From contig CAXXMD010000001.1 of the NCBI GenBank assembly GCA_963675755.2, forward strand, positions 256,001-320,000: 64,000 nt of DNA. Direction: 5' to 3'. Below are positions 26,765 to 36,821 of the stretch, one piece after another. The DNA is from a bacterium (lineage in GTDB: Bacteria; Zhuqueibacterota; Zhuqueibacteria; Residuimicrobiales; Krinioviventaceae). The translations under genes and the position numbers were made by a program. The notes below the pieces were generated by a model, which was not told where the DNA came from, searched no databases, and was given only the letters and a program-made list of their open reading frames with translations. Every line of letters starts with the position of its first letter. Positions within the stretch are counted from its first letter, which is position 1.

Positions 26765-29020
26765 ATGATCAAATCCATTTTTCGTATTACTCTAGTATTG
26801 CTGTTGTTTATTTCCGTTTCATTTTCACAAAGTATTTATGATAAATTTGTGACATCTGAAAAACCTTCTACCCCTGTAGACTATGTTGATCCTTATATTG
26901 GCGGCATCAGCCATACATTACAGCCAACTCGTCCTACAGTGCATTTACCGCTGTCAATGATCCGGTTGCTTCCTAATTTTTCATCACAGATCCCGGACAT
27001 TTATCTTGCTTCACGAATTGAAAGCTTTTCAATAAACATACCTTCCCATCGTGAACCCTACGTTTCAAGTATTATGGCGTTAACCGGTGATTCCAAAGTT
27101 GATGAATATACCGGTACCAAATTCGATCATGATTTTGAAAAAGTAACTCCCTATTTATATTCAGTTCTCCTGGAAGATGAAAACATAATTGCAGAATATT
27201 CTCCCGCTCATAAAGCGCAAATGTTTCGTTTTCAGGCATTGGATGACAAACCCGTATCTGTATTGCTTACATTCAAAACCAGTGCACAGATCAAGATATT
27301 GGATGATAAAACCCTTACAGGTTATGAATCTTTTAAAGATATGAAGCAATATTTCTATTTGCAATTTGATCAACCCATGGATCTGCAATACAGTAACGCG
27401 CAGGCCAAAGATGATCAATATGCCGGTGATAATATTCAGATCCAATGTGTTTTTAAAAATCCAAAATCCAATACAGTTCTCGTAAGAACAGGTATCTCTT
27501 ATATCGATGACGACCAGGCTAAAGAAAATCTTGTCAAAGAGATTAACCATTGGGATTTTGATCGTCTGGTTTCAGATGCCAAAGCCGAGTGGAATAAAAC
27601 TTTGGGGAAAATATCTATAACCGGTGGTACAGTGGACCAAAAAGTTGTATTTTACACCTCTCTTTATCGTTGTATGGAACGTATGGTAAATATAAACGAA
27701 TATGGACGTTATTACAGTGGTTTTGATGACAAGGTCCACAAAGATGATCGCGCTTTTTATGTAGATGATTGGGTATGGGACACCTATCGTTCCCTGCATC
27801 CATTGCGTCTTTTAATTATGCCGGATGTGGAACAGGATATGGTCCAGTCTTATGTTACCATGTATGAACAAAGCGGATGGGTACCCAGTTTCCCCAAAGT
27901 ATATGGTGATTACGGAGCAATGATTGGCCATCACCAGGCAGCTTTGATTACCGATACTTATTTTAAAGGATACCGTAATTTTGATGTAAAAACTGCCTAT
28001 GAAGGATTGAAAAAGAATGCAATGGAAGGAACCATGATTCCATGGCGTGAAGGACCTACAACTGTATTGGATGATCATTACAGAAGTCATGGTTATTTCC
28101 CGGCAATTGGTCCTGATGAAGAAGAAACCATTCCTGAAGTTCATAGCTTTGAACGACGTCAAGCAGTTGCGGTTACTCTTGAACATGCACATGATGATTG
28201 GTGCTTGTCCAATCTGGCAAAAGAGTTGAACAAGGATGATGATTATGAAATGTTTAAAAAACGTGGACAAAATTATCGCAATCTGTTTAATCCTGAAATA
28301 GGATTTATGGCTCCCAAAGATATCAACGGTAACTGGATTCAGCCGTTTGATCCCAAAATGTCCGGAGGAATTGGCGGCCGTTTGTATTATGCCGAAATGA
28401 ACAGCTATACCTATACCTGGTATGTTCCACAGGATATTGATGGTTTGACCGAACTTTTGGGCGGCAAAGATGCGTTTGTAAACAAGCTTGATGCCATGTT
28501 TGAAGAAGGCTTTGGTCGTATAAAATGGCGCCACTTTGCTCAATTTCCGGATGCTACCGGTATGGTTGGTCAGTTTTCTATGGGTAATGAACAAAGTTTT
28601 CATATCCCTTATCTTTATTCTGTTCAAGGTGTTGCCTGGAAATCTCAGAAACGTGTTCGTCAATTGATGGATCAATGGTTCCGTAATGATTTAATGGGCG
28701 TAAGTGGTGATGAAGATGGTGGTGGTTTATCTTCATTTTATGTGTTCAGTGCATTGGGTTTTTACCCGGTATGTGCTGGTAACCCGGTTTATTATATTGG
28801 TACTCCATTGTTTAAAACGGCTATTCTGGATATGGGTAACGGTAAAAAACTGGAACTGGTTGCCAACAATGTTTCTGACCAGAATAAATACATCCAGTCT
28901 ATGAAACTCAATGGCAAAACGTGGAATAAAGCCTGGTTTAATCATAAAGATATTAAAGATGGCGGCAAGATCGTCTTTGAAATGGGCCCCCGTCCCAATA
29001 AAAGCTGGGGCACCAAATAA
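26765..29020 (+). CDS. GH92 family alpha-mannosidase-like glycoside hydrolase
   Basis: Signal peptide, YVDPYIG, WDTYRSLHPL, YAEMNSYTYTWYVPQD, MGNEQSFH, GDEDGGGLS; SD AGGAGG. Confidence 0.92.
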   Translation: MIKSIFRITLVLLLFISVSFSQSIYDKFVTSEKPSTPVDYVDPYIGGISHTLQPTRPTVHLPLSMIRLLPNFSSQIPDIYLASRIESFSINIPSHREPYVSSIMALTGDSKVDEYTGTKFDHDFEKVTPYLYSVLLEDENIIAEYSPAHKAQMFRFQALDDKPVSVLLTFKTSAQIKILDDKTLTGYESFKDMKQYFYLQFDQPMDLQYSNAQAKDDQYAGDNIQIQCVFKNPKSNTVLVRTGISYIDDDQAKENLVKEINHWDFDRLVSDAKAEWNKTLGKISITGGTVDQKVVFYTSLYRCMERMVNINEYGRYYSGFDDKVHKDDRAFYVDDWVWDTYRSLHPLRLLIMPDVEQDMVQSYVTMYEQSGWVPSFPKVYGDYGAMIGHHQAALITDTYFKGYRNFDVKTAYEGLKKNAMEGTMIPWREGPTTVLDDHYRSHGYFPAIGPDEEETIPEVHSFERRQAVAVTLEHAHDDWCLSNLAKELNKDDDYEMFKKRGQNYRNLFNPEIGFMAPKDINGNWIQPFDPKMSGGIGGRLYYAEMNSYTYTWYVPQDIDGLTELLGGKDAFVNKLDAMFEEGFGRIKWRHFAQFPDATGMVGQFSMGNEQSFHIPYLYSVQGVAWKSQKRVRQLMDQWFRNDLMGVSGDEDGGGLSSFYVFSALGFYPVCAGNPVYYIGTPLFKTAILDMGNGKKLELVANNVSDQNKYIQSMKLNGKTWNKAWFNHKDIKDGGKIVFEMGPRPNKSWGTK

Positions 29021-29028
29021 ATTTTCTC

Positions 29029-29060
29029 ATCCGCTCCCTGCAACGGGGAGCGGATTTTTT
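29029..29060 (+). terminator. Intrinsic terminator
   Basis: ATCCGCTCCC/GGGAGCGGAT plus T-run. Confidence 0.85.
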
Positions 29061-29112
29061 GCTGTTTTGATAAACGATACATTTCACTCTTTACCTGCTG
29101 CAAGAGTTGGTT

Positions 29113-30972
29113 ATGAAAAAATTATTTCTGTTAATACCATTTCTTCTTTTGTCTTGTCATAAACCTGTTGAAAATATAAATTTCAAATCCGCTTGTATTG
29201 AAACTTTGACAGTTTTTACTGACACCTTGATTGATTTACAAATTAAAAATCCCAATAGTCCTGATTATGGTGCAATACAGTGTCATGCTTGTGATGTGCT
29301 GCATACTAGAGCAGCTGAAGCTGTCTTTCCCTTTGTTGTGCGTTACCAGGAAACCGGGGATGAAAAGTGGCTCGATGCGGCTATCCGTTTGGGGAATTGG
29401 CTTATTCAACAGCAGCAATCCGATGGTTCCTGGAAAGAAACACCGGAAGAGTGGACCGGTACAACAACCGATCAGTTGTTAATGCTGCTGAAAGCATGGC
29501 CCGTATTAAAAACAAAATTAAATCCTGATGAAATAACAGCCTGGCAGCAGTCAATGATAGACGCAGCAGGTTTTTTGGTAAAGGAAATGAGTCCTGATTT
29601 TGCCAGTATAAATTATTGTGCAACAACAACAGCAACACTTGCATTGATGAATGAGCATTTTCCCGATGCACGCTATCTTGATAAAGCCGGACAATTGGCT
29701 TTTCAGGTTTTATCTAAAATGAATGATGATGGATTTATTTGTGCCGAGGGAGACCGTGTTTATGGTGTTAAATATGGAGCGGATGTTGGATATGAAATAG
29801 ACATGTCGTTGTGGGGTCTTGGCATGTATGCCAAAATCACAGGTGATACCCTCACAGAAAGTTATGTTACAGAATCTTTAAAGAACCATCTTGCTTTTGT
29901 ATATCCTAATGGAGCTATTGACGGCTCATGGGGGATACGTTCAAACAAATGGACAACTTTTGGCAGTGAAACTGCAGATGGCTGCCAGGTGTTATTTGCA
30001 ATGTTTGCGGACAAAGATCCACGTTATATACGTGCTGCTTTTCTTAATTTACAATATTTGAATGGTATGATACACAACGGGCTGTTAGGATACGGCCCCC
30101 AATATTTTGAATTGTTCGATAAACCCCCTTGCATATATCCTACTTTTGTCAGATCCAAAAATCTGGCAATGGCTGCGAGTATGGATCTAGATGTTGTCGA
30201 TATTTCATCCAGACTTTATTCTGAACAACCCGGATTTTTTAAATTTTACCCGTCAGTAGATGTTGCTTTGGTTCGTACAAAAGAATTTATGGCTACAGTA
30301 ACTTCATATGGATATGAAGAATTAAAAAAACGAAATAAAAGCAAGTATATGCATCGTCCAACAGGTGGGTCCATATCCAATCTTTGGGTTAAAGATCATG
30401 GCTTTTTGCAGTTATCCAGCCAGACAGAATATCATCGCTGGGAGCCCATGCATTTTCCTGAAATTGGAGATGTATTGCCATTAACCTCCCGGATTGAGTT
30501 TACCAATGAGAATGGGTATTTTACCAATTTGTATGAATATGATGCAAGGATGGATGTAGATAAAGATAGCAATAGTATTACAATAGCTGGAGAGTTGAAA
30601 AATAACATGTTGCTGCAGGGTGGTGTTGCCTACAAGTGGCAATATTCATTTTCTGATAATGCTATTGTGAAAAATGTACATTTACGATACCACGATGGAA
30701 CAAGAAATGTGAAAATTATTGAACCGGTAATTTTGATTGATGGATTAACTATTGAACAAAAAGATGAAAAAACTGTGAATATTAAAGGACCCCATAAAAC
30801 TATACAGCTCAAAGTACTTGAAGGCTCTGTAACACTCGAGAGTGGTGTTGATAAAGAAAAGTACTGGGCTGCTTTTCCATCTGTAAAAGCATATCCACTG
30901 GTATTAAAGGTAAATTGTCCAAAGGATCAATTCAGACAATCTGTTCGTTATGCGATTCAGGTTTTGCACTAG
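29113..30972 (+). CDS. Hypothetical lipoprotein, probable (alpha/alpha) toroid + beta-sandwich carbohydrate-active-like fold
   Basis: Lipobox LLSC; CHACDVLHTR; TGDEKWLDAAIRLGNWL..QQ.SDGSW repeat typical of six-hairpin folds. Confidence 0.65.
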   Translation: MKKLFLLIPFLLLSCHKPVENINFKSACIETLTVFTDTLIDLQIKNPNSPDYGAIQCHACDVLHTRAAEAVFPFVVRYQETGDEKWLDAAIRLGNWLIQQQQSDGSWKETPEEWTGTTTDQLLMLLKAWPVLKTKLNPDEITAWQQSMIDAAGFLVKEMSPDFASINYCATTTATLALMNEHFPDARYLDKAGQLAFQVLSKMNDDGFICAEGDRVYGVKYGADVGYEIDMSLWGLGMYAKITGDTLTESYVTESLKNHLAFVYPNGAIDGSWGIRSNKWTTFGSETADGCQVLFAMFADKDPRYIRAAFLNLQYLNGMIHNGLLGYGPQYFELFDKPPCIYPTFVRSKNLAMAASMDLDVVDISSRLYSEQPGFFKFYPSVDVALVRTKEFMATVTSYGYEELKKRNKSKYMHRPTGGSISNLWVKDHGFLQLSSQTEYHRWEPMHFPEIGDVLPLTSRIEFTNENGYFTNLYEYDARMDVDKDSNSITIAGELKNNMLLQGGVAYKWQYSFSDNAIVKNVHLRYHDGTRNVKIIEPVILIDGLTIEQKDEKTVNIKGPHKTIQLKVLEGSVTLESGVDKEKYWAAFPSVKAYPLVLKVNCPKDQFRQSVRYAIQVLH

Positions 30973-31066
30973 ATTGTTTGTTTTTAAATAGTGTATTTCA
31001 CGTTTCCTAATCGTTCGTACAATTGTTTACTTGATAGAACTGTGATTTTTTTTAAATTTTATATAG

Positions 31067-31086
31067 GTTTGAATGGATATTCAAAC
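31067..31086. promoter_or_regulatory. Candidate operator TTGAAT-N4-ATTCAA (copy 2, 8-bp arms)
   Basis: GTTTGAAT-GGAT-ATTCAAAC just downstream of TTGATA-16-TAAATT. Confidence 0.55.
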
Positions 31087-31117
31087 TTGCTAAAAAATGA
31101 TGTAAAAGAGGATTGTG

Positions 31118-32083
31118 ATGAAAAAATTAATCATGTTATTTGTTTTTTTCTTGTCCGGCGTTTCATTATCAATGGAATCAGATACTCTCACCGTATTGCA
31201 AATGACAGATATACATTTTTGCAATTTGGCGGGCTACCATCCACGTTTTGTGGAAAAGAGAAATCATTATGGCAATGTAGCAGAAACTTTTCAATCCTTT
31301 TTAAAAGATAAACCCAAACAGGTAAATGCTGATCTTGTTGTTATAACCGGTGATTTAATCGATTATTATGAAGCAGAGACAGCCAGAGGCCCCTGGCAGG
31401 CAACCCAGGTTGAGCAATTTGTTCCTATGTTGAGTGTTTGTCCGGTTCCGGTTTATTTGACTTTGGGCAACCATGATATTGCTTCTTATTGGATAGTTGA
31501 TAATGAAAAGGACCAGTTTCAGGTTTATGTTCAGCGTGCAAGAGCAGACTGGATCCGTAATGCCCCAAGCTTTGCACAAGGCACATGGTACAGTCGGGAT
31601 GTTAAAGTTGGTAATTCTGAAATGCATTTTATTTTTCTGGACAATGGTTATAGTCTTGAAAATGGAAATTATATCGAGAAAATACAACTGGATTGGTTGA
31701 AAAATGATCTCAAGCAGTCAGGCGATAAACCTGTTATCATCTTTATGCATAAATATCTTCCGGTTAAAGACTATAACAATGACGGAAATGTATTTAATAG
31801 AGATACTCAATTAGAAATGACTATTGAAAACTGTTCAAAAGACATTTTTAAAATTTTGAATGATAATTCAAATATTCAGGCATTATTTACAGGACATGGC
31901 CACCGAAGCATAACAGAACCCATACAGTTTCCAGCAGGACACACAATATTGCAGATAGAAACTGCAGCGTTTGCTCAAAATACCGAAAAACATTGGAGAG
32001 TCTTCAAGGTTACAGAAAACTCACTAATCTTGATGGAAACCGGTGGTGATCGAGTTGAACAGGTTTTTGAATTTAACCCATAA
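31118..32083 (+). CDS. Exported calcineurin-like metallophosphoesterase
   Basis: Signal peptide; TDIH, TGDLID, LGNHD, FMH, TGHGH. Confidence 0.9.
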   Translation: MKKLIMLFVFFLSGVSLSMESDTLTVLQMTDIHFCNLAGYHPRFVEKRNHYGNVAETFQSFLKDKPKQVNADLVVITGDLIDYYEAETARGPWQATQVEQFVPMLSVCPVPVYLTLGNHDIASYWIVDNEKDQFQVYVQRARADWIRNAPSFAQGTWYSRDVKVGNSEMHFIFLDNGYSLENGNYIEKIQLDWLKNDLKQSGDKPVIIFMHKYLPVKDYNNDGNVFNRDTQLEMTIENCSKDIFKILNDNSNIQALFTGHGHRSITEPIQFPAGHTILQIETAAFAQNTEKHWRVFKVTENSLILMETGGDRVEQVFEFNP

Positions 32084-32101
32084 CAGGTCTGGTGAAATAA
32101 T

Positions 32102-33334
32102 ATGAAAAAAATATTTTTGATTATTTTTCTCTTGTTGTTCTTTCAGCAGCTTTATTCACATAATGTGGGAGAGGTCCTTCCGCAATGGTCTGAAGGATAT
32201 CTGGATATACACCATATCAATACGGGCAAGGGAGAATGTGTATTGTGTATATTGCCCGATGGTACTACGTTGTTGATTGATGCCGGAGCAACCAATCGAC
32301 CCAAACCCCGAGTAACAGACCCCAGACCTGATGGTAGCAAAACACCCGGTGAATGGATTACCAGATATATAAATCACATGCTTTCTTTCAAGTCTGATAT
32401 AATGCTGGATTATGTTTTACTTTCTCATTTTCACGATGACCATATGGGTAGTATAACAGATCAATCTCCCTTATCCCAAAATGGAAACTATCGATTGTCC
32501 GGATTGACTGAGGTGGGAGATTATATACCAATTAAAAAATTAGTGGATCGTGCCTGGCCGGATTATAATTATCCGTATCCGCTCAAAAGCCGGATGATTG
32601 AGAACTATCGCCAATTTCTTGACTGGCATATGGAAAATACCGGGTTGATTGCAGAAAAAATTATCCCCGGAAGTAATGAGCAATTTTTATTGAAAAATGA
32701 TCCTGCAACATATCCGGGATTTGAGATCAGAAATGTTGCCGCAAATGGCGAGGTGTGGACGGGGGTTGCAAATAATACCCGACATCATTTTCCTCCCATT
32801 GAAACTTTGGATAAATCTCAATTTCCTTCAGAAAATATGTGCAGCAGCGCAATAAAAATTTCTTACGGTAGTTTTGATTATTTTAATGGAGGCGATATAA
32901 CCGGTGTGCTTGATGAAAATTCTCCCGTATGGAGAGATGTTGAGACTCCGGTAGCAAAAGCTGTGGGTCCAGTTGAAGTGAACGAGTTGAATCATCATGG
33001 TTATACCGATTCTGAAAACGCGTTTTTTGTGAGCACACTTGCTCCTCAGGTGCATATATTACAGGTTTGGTCGCCAAGCCATCCCACAATGCGCGTATTG
33101 CGTCGGTTACTGTCCACAGATCTGTATCCCGGTCCCCGGGATATTTTTGCAACCAATATGATGCAGGAAAACAATGTCGTAATAGGCAGCAACCTGAGTA
33201 AATTGAAAAGTGATCAGGGACATATACTCGTAAGAGTTGAACCCGGTGGCGATTCTTTTCATATCATTATTCTGGATGATGCTGCTGAGAGTTATAAAGT
33301 TAAATCCGTCCATGGGCCATACAAAAGCCGATGA
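32102..33334 (+). CDS. Exported metallo-beta-lactamase-fold hydrolase (ComEC/Pce-like)
   Basis: Signal peptide; LLIDAG, SHFHDDHMG (HxHxDH), GGD, NHHG. Confidence 0.85.
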   Translation: MKKIFLIIFLLLFFQQLYSHNVGEVLPQWSEGYLDIHHINTGKGECVLCILPDGTTLLIDAGATNRPKPRVTDPRPDGSKTPGEWITRYINHMLSFKSDIMLDYVLLSHFHDDHMGSITDQSPLSQNGNYRLSGLTEVGDYIPIKKLVDRAWPDYNYPYPLKSRMIENYRQFLDWHMENTGLIAEKIIPGSNEQFLLKNDPATYPGFEIRNVAANGEVWTGVANNTRHHFPPIETLDKSQFPSENMCSSAIKISYGSFDYFNGGDITGVLDENSPVWRDVETPVAKAVGPVEVNELNHHGYTDSENAFFVSTLAPQVHILQVWSPSHPTMRVLRRLLSTDLYPGPRDIFATNMMQENNVVIGSNLSKLKSDQGHILVRVEPGGDSFHIIILDDAAESYKVKSVHGPYKSR

Positions 33335-33371
33335 TTTTTACCAGAACCAAATACCTGAAAGCGAGAAAAGG

Positions 33372-35582
33372 ATGAGAACCAACATGAGGAAAAGATCAGG
33401 TAGTCTTTTTATTATTTGTTTTATTGTATTTATTACAACTGTAAATGTATTTGCAGCAGAGATTAAAGGTGTTATAACCGATGCAGATAAAAATACACCG
33501 TTATCCGGTGTAAATGTAACCGTTAAAGGTACAGATACAGGTGCATCAACGAATGCACGTGGTGAATATGCTATCAAAGGGATACAGCCCGGTTCATATT
33601 TACTGGTTATATCCATGATGGGGTATGATGAACAAATCAAATCCGTAAATGTTTCCGTAGCAAAAACAGCAACAATGAACGCGCAACTAGATCCGGTGGT
33701 TATACCCATGCAGGCAGTACAAATTATGGGGCGTAGCACACGTAATATTATCGAAAATCCGGAAATGGTTTCTCCCGGATTGGGAATTTCAACAACCATA
33801 ATCGATCGTAAAGAGATTGAAAAACAAGCACCCGTTACTTTGATTGATGCATTGCAGTATATTCCAGGTGCGGTAGTTGAAACCCGGGGACGTAAAGTAA
33901 AACAGTTTTTCTCTGTTCGCGGGCAGCGATATCCATATCCCGATTATGCTATTGACGGAGTTTGGCAAAAAGAATTCCATGAAACACCCTATGTATTTCC
34001 GGCATCCATGATCGAATCAATCCAGATCATACGGTCTAGTGCCGCATTGCTATCAGGATTAGGTGGATTGTCTGGCGTAATTGATGTAAAAACCCGTGAA
34101 TTTGATCAACCCGAAACCACCACTGAACTGGAGTATGGTTCGTTTAATACGTTCCGCGGACATGTTTCTCATGGCGCAACCCGGGGTACGGTTTCTTATG
34201 CGGGAGGGATAGGATATTATCAAACAGATGGCCCGGATGATAGACACGCAGCCGAAACCCTTGCTAACGGATTTGCCAAAGTTAAATGGCAGCCATCTGA
34301 CCAATTTTATGTACAGTCTTCAATCATTCACCTTAATGGAACCCGTGAACTTGCAACAGGTTTGCCGCCTGCTGCTGAAAAATTTTATGTGAATCTTGAA
34401 GAGTTTGATCCTGTAAAAACAACACTGGTTTCTTTACGTTCTCAATACATTGAAAGCGAGAATGCTTCGACGGAAATCAAGCTGTCTTATGCGGATCGAA
34501 AACCGGTATATCACATTGAGTATACATCACTGGATGCAGATGCTGAACAGGATGAATATGACCATGAATTTAATGCCGGTCTGATTCAATCATTGTCTTT
34601 GGTTCGTAACAATGTTTTAAGAGCTGGCTTGTTGTACAATCACTGGGTAGCGCCTGAAGGAAAGCGTTTCTATACTGGTAAACCCTGTGATACTGAAACT
34701 ATTGCCGCAGTTTTGACGGATGAGCACCAGTTTGGTCGTTTGCAGATAGACGCGGGATTCAAATGGCAGCGTTCTTATTACAACGAATATGGTGGTTTTG
34801 GAATAGAGGGAAGTGCCAAAGGTTTTCAAAAAGTTGAACCTATTATGGATGAATGGCAAAAACCATTGTTGATTGGTTCGTTAGGAATGTCTTATTATTT
34901 GAATCAAAGTATTACTCTGAACCTGAATGCTTCAGCCGGTAGTATTGAACCCAGAAGCGGCAGTCTGGATGTAAATATGGCAGAACCTCTGAATGAAAAA
35001 CGTACCCAGATTGATGCGGGCATTCACTATAATTTTGAAAATGTGGGTGATATTGCGTTTACTGCCTTTACAGTTTATCAGCAGGATGCTATTGTCCTGA
35101 GTGGTAAAACCTATACATTAAATGATAAAGTGATGGAATTGTACCTGAACCGTGATCAGGTACAATCCGGTATTGAAGTGGAAGCCAGGGCCAATACGCT
35201 GTGGAACAAGATTCAACCTTTTTGCAATGTAACCTGGATGGTCAGTAAACAGGATGAGGATGGAGACATGGTTGAATCCAAAGAGTTCCCAACATTGGTT
35301 TCATCTGCGGGTATTTATGGGAAATGGTCACGATTGGATGTGAATATGCTGATCAAGTATATCTCATCTTTTGAAAACTCGCGTTTTTCAGCAATACCTG
35401 AACCACAGCCATTGGGTGATTTTGTTAATATGGATATCATTGCCGGATGGGATTTTGCTCCTCTGTTACCTGTGCATGTGTACGCAGAGATACGAAATGT
35501 TTCTGACGAATTATATTCTACAGTTGTAGGATTTCCTGATTTTGGTCGTCGATTTAACCTAAGAGTTGTACATCGTTTTTAA
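33372..35582 (+). CDS. TonB-dependent receptor with N-terminal carboxypeptidase-regulatory-like domain (not SusC-like)
   Basis: Signal peptide, IKGVITD...PLSGVNV, plug DALQYIPG..SVRG..IESIQIIR..GVI, C-terminal N..DE.Y...GRRFNLRVVHRF; start may be 33384. Confidence 0.88.
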   Translation: MRTNMRKRSGSLFIICFIVFITTVNVFAAEIKGVITDADKNTPLSGVNVTVKGTDTGASTNARGEYAIKGIQPGSYLLVISMMGYDEQIKSVNVSVAKTATMNAQLDPVVIPMQAVQIMGRSTRNIIENPEMVSPGLGISTTIIDRKEIEKQAPVTLIDALQYIPGAVVETRGRKVKQFFSVRGQRYPYPDYAIDGVWQKEFHETPYVFPASMIESIQIIRSSAALLSGLGGLSGVIDVKTREFDQPETTTELEYGSFNTFRGHVSHGATRGTVSYAGGIGYYQTDGPDDRHAAETLANGFAKVKWQPSDQFYVQSSIIHLNGTRELATGLPPAAEKFYVNLEEFDPVKTTLVSLRSQYIESENASTEIKLSYADRKPVYHIEYTSLDADAEQDEYDHEFNAGLIQSLSLVRNNVLRAGLLYNHWVAPEGKRFYTGKPCDTETIAAVLTDEHQFGRLQIDAGFKWQRSYYNEYGGFGIEGSAKGFQKVEPIMDEWQKPLLIGSLGMSYYLNQSITLNLNASAGSIEPRSGSLDVNMAEPLNEKRTQIDAGIHYNFENVGDIAFTAFTVYQQDAIVLSGKTYTLNDKVMELYLNRDQVQSGIEVEARANTLWNKIQPFCNVTWMVSKQDEDGDMVESKEFPTLVSSAGIYGKWSRLDVNMLIKYISSFENSRFSAIPEPQPLGDFVNMDIIAGWDFAPLLPVHVYAEIRNVSDELYSTVVGFPDFGRRFNLRVVHRF

Positions 35583-35599
35583 TTTATGAAAAAAGTAGT

Positions 35600-36802
35600 A
35601 TGAAAAAGAAAATTTTGATTCTATTTGCCGGGACCCTGTTTTTTTTGGTCCTGGCAAAATCGTTTGTATTTGCCTGTAATGTTCCTGTCTTTCGATACGC
35701 GTTAGAACGCTGGAGTGCTGATCCGTATCGGCTAATCGTGTTTTACGAAAACAATTTCTCTGAAGATGAACAGACGTTAATTGAAGAGCTGGAACAGTCT
35801 GCAGCGGATTCTACTTTAAACATCTCGGTTACACTATTAAATATCCATGATGTTCCCGAGAATGCAAGACCCATGAATGCCACGCAATATCCCTGGATGG
35901 AATTGCATTATCCTGTATCCGCAAATATTCGGGGACATGTTTGGGCAAATACATTAACTCGTGAAAATACAGCGTTAATTTCAGATTCAAAGATGTTGAC
36001 CGAATTATCGACCCGATTGATCAATGGTGATGCCGCGGTCTGGATTTTGCTGGAATGCAGTGACGAGCACAAAAATGCTGATGCAAAATCTTTGTTGGAA
36101 AAAACACTGAAGAACATGACAAAAGAACTCAAAGTTCCAACAATCGGGTATGATATCAATGGAAATGAGATCAAGGTTGATGATTTTAAAGATTATGATG
36201 TTACTTTTTCAATGCTGTCGCTTTCCAAAAAAAATACAAATGAATCGGTTCTGGTTCAAATTTTACTGGGTTCTGAAGAAGATTTGACGTATTTTGATGA
36301 ACCTATGGCGTTTCCGGTTTTTGGAAGAGGCCGGGCTTTATATGGATTAATTGGCAAAGGTCTGAGTCAAAAAAATATAGAATATGCTTGCCAATCCATT
36401 GTCGGTTGGTGTTCCTGTGAGATCAAAGACGATAATCCGGGTATTGATTTGTTAATCAATCGGGATTGGTCGAATCCAGTAGGAGGTACTCTGGTTAAAA
36501 ATGAACCTTTACCACCATTAACAGGTATTTCTGCGTTTATTGAAGACACAGATACTACCCCAAAAGCTGAAAAGTCGTTAAAACAAATCGATACTGAATC
36601 TGAGCTAATGGTAAAAGACAGTATTAACTCAGATACAATCCAAACAAAATCCAGGCATGATTCACTGGATATTACAATCTCGCCTGTTACTGTGGTTGAG
36701 AAAAAAAACAGCAACCTTTTATTGAGAAATATTTTATTTTTGTTTGGCACAGGTTTAGCGGTATTGCTGTTGGTTACCTGGTTGGTACAGCGAAAGAAAT
36801 AA
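35600..36802 (+). CDS. Hypothetical exported protein with C-terminal membrane anchor (CNVPVFRYALERW type)
   Basis: Signal peptide ending AC, PVFGRGRAL, GWCSCEIKDDNPGIDLL, low-complexity linker, terminal TM helix then RKK. Confidence 0.75.
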   Translation: MKKKILILFAGTLFFLVLAKSFVFACNVPVFRYALERWSADPYRLIVFYENNFSEDEQTLIEELEQSAADSTLNISVTLLNIHDVPENARPMNATQYPWMELHYPVSANIRGHVWANTLTRENTALISDSKMLTELSTRLINGDAAVWILLECSDEHKNADAKSLLEKTLKNMTKELKVPTIGYDINGNEIKVDDFKDYDVTFSMLSLSKKNTNESVLVQILLGSEEDLTYFDEPMAFPVFGRGRALYGLIGKGLSQKNIEYACQSIVGWCSCEIKDDNPGIDLLINRDWSNPVGGTLVKNEPLPPLTGISAFIEDTDTTPKAEKSLKQIDTESELMVKDSINSDTIQTKSRHDSLDITISPVTVVEKKNSNLLLRNILFLFGTGLAVLLLVTWLVQRKK

Positions 36803-36821
36803 TAGGAATTTGGGAAAATAA

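Noticed and set aside
27812-28675. 287-aa minus-strand ORF
   Set aside because: Fully antisense to a well-supported GH92, with no motifs or SD; a codon-bias shadow.
30991-31311. 106-aa plus-strand ORF
   Set aside because: Spans a promoter region and overlaps the phosphoesterase out of frame.
33237-33371. Extended N-termini in the ORF track (also at 190, 716, 8448, 14173, 26672, 42538)
   Set aside because: Downstream starts have SD sequences and/or proper signal peptides; the extensions overlap upstream genes or promoters.
33335-33383. Cobalamin riboswitch ahead of the TonB receptor or corrinoid operon
   Set aside because: The intergenic space is too short and no B12-box-like sequence is visible.
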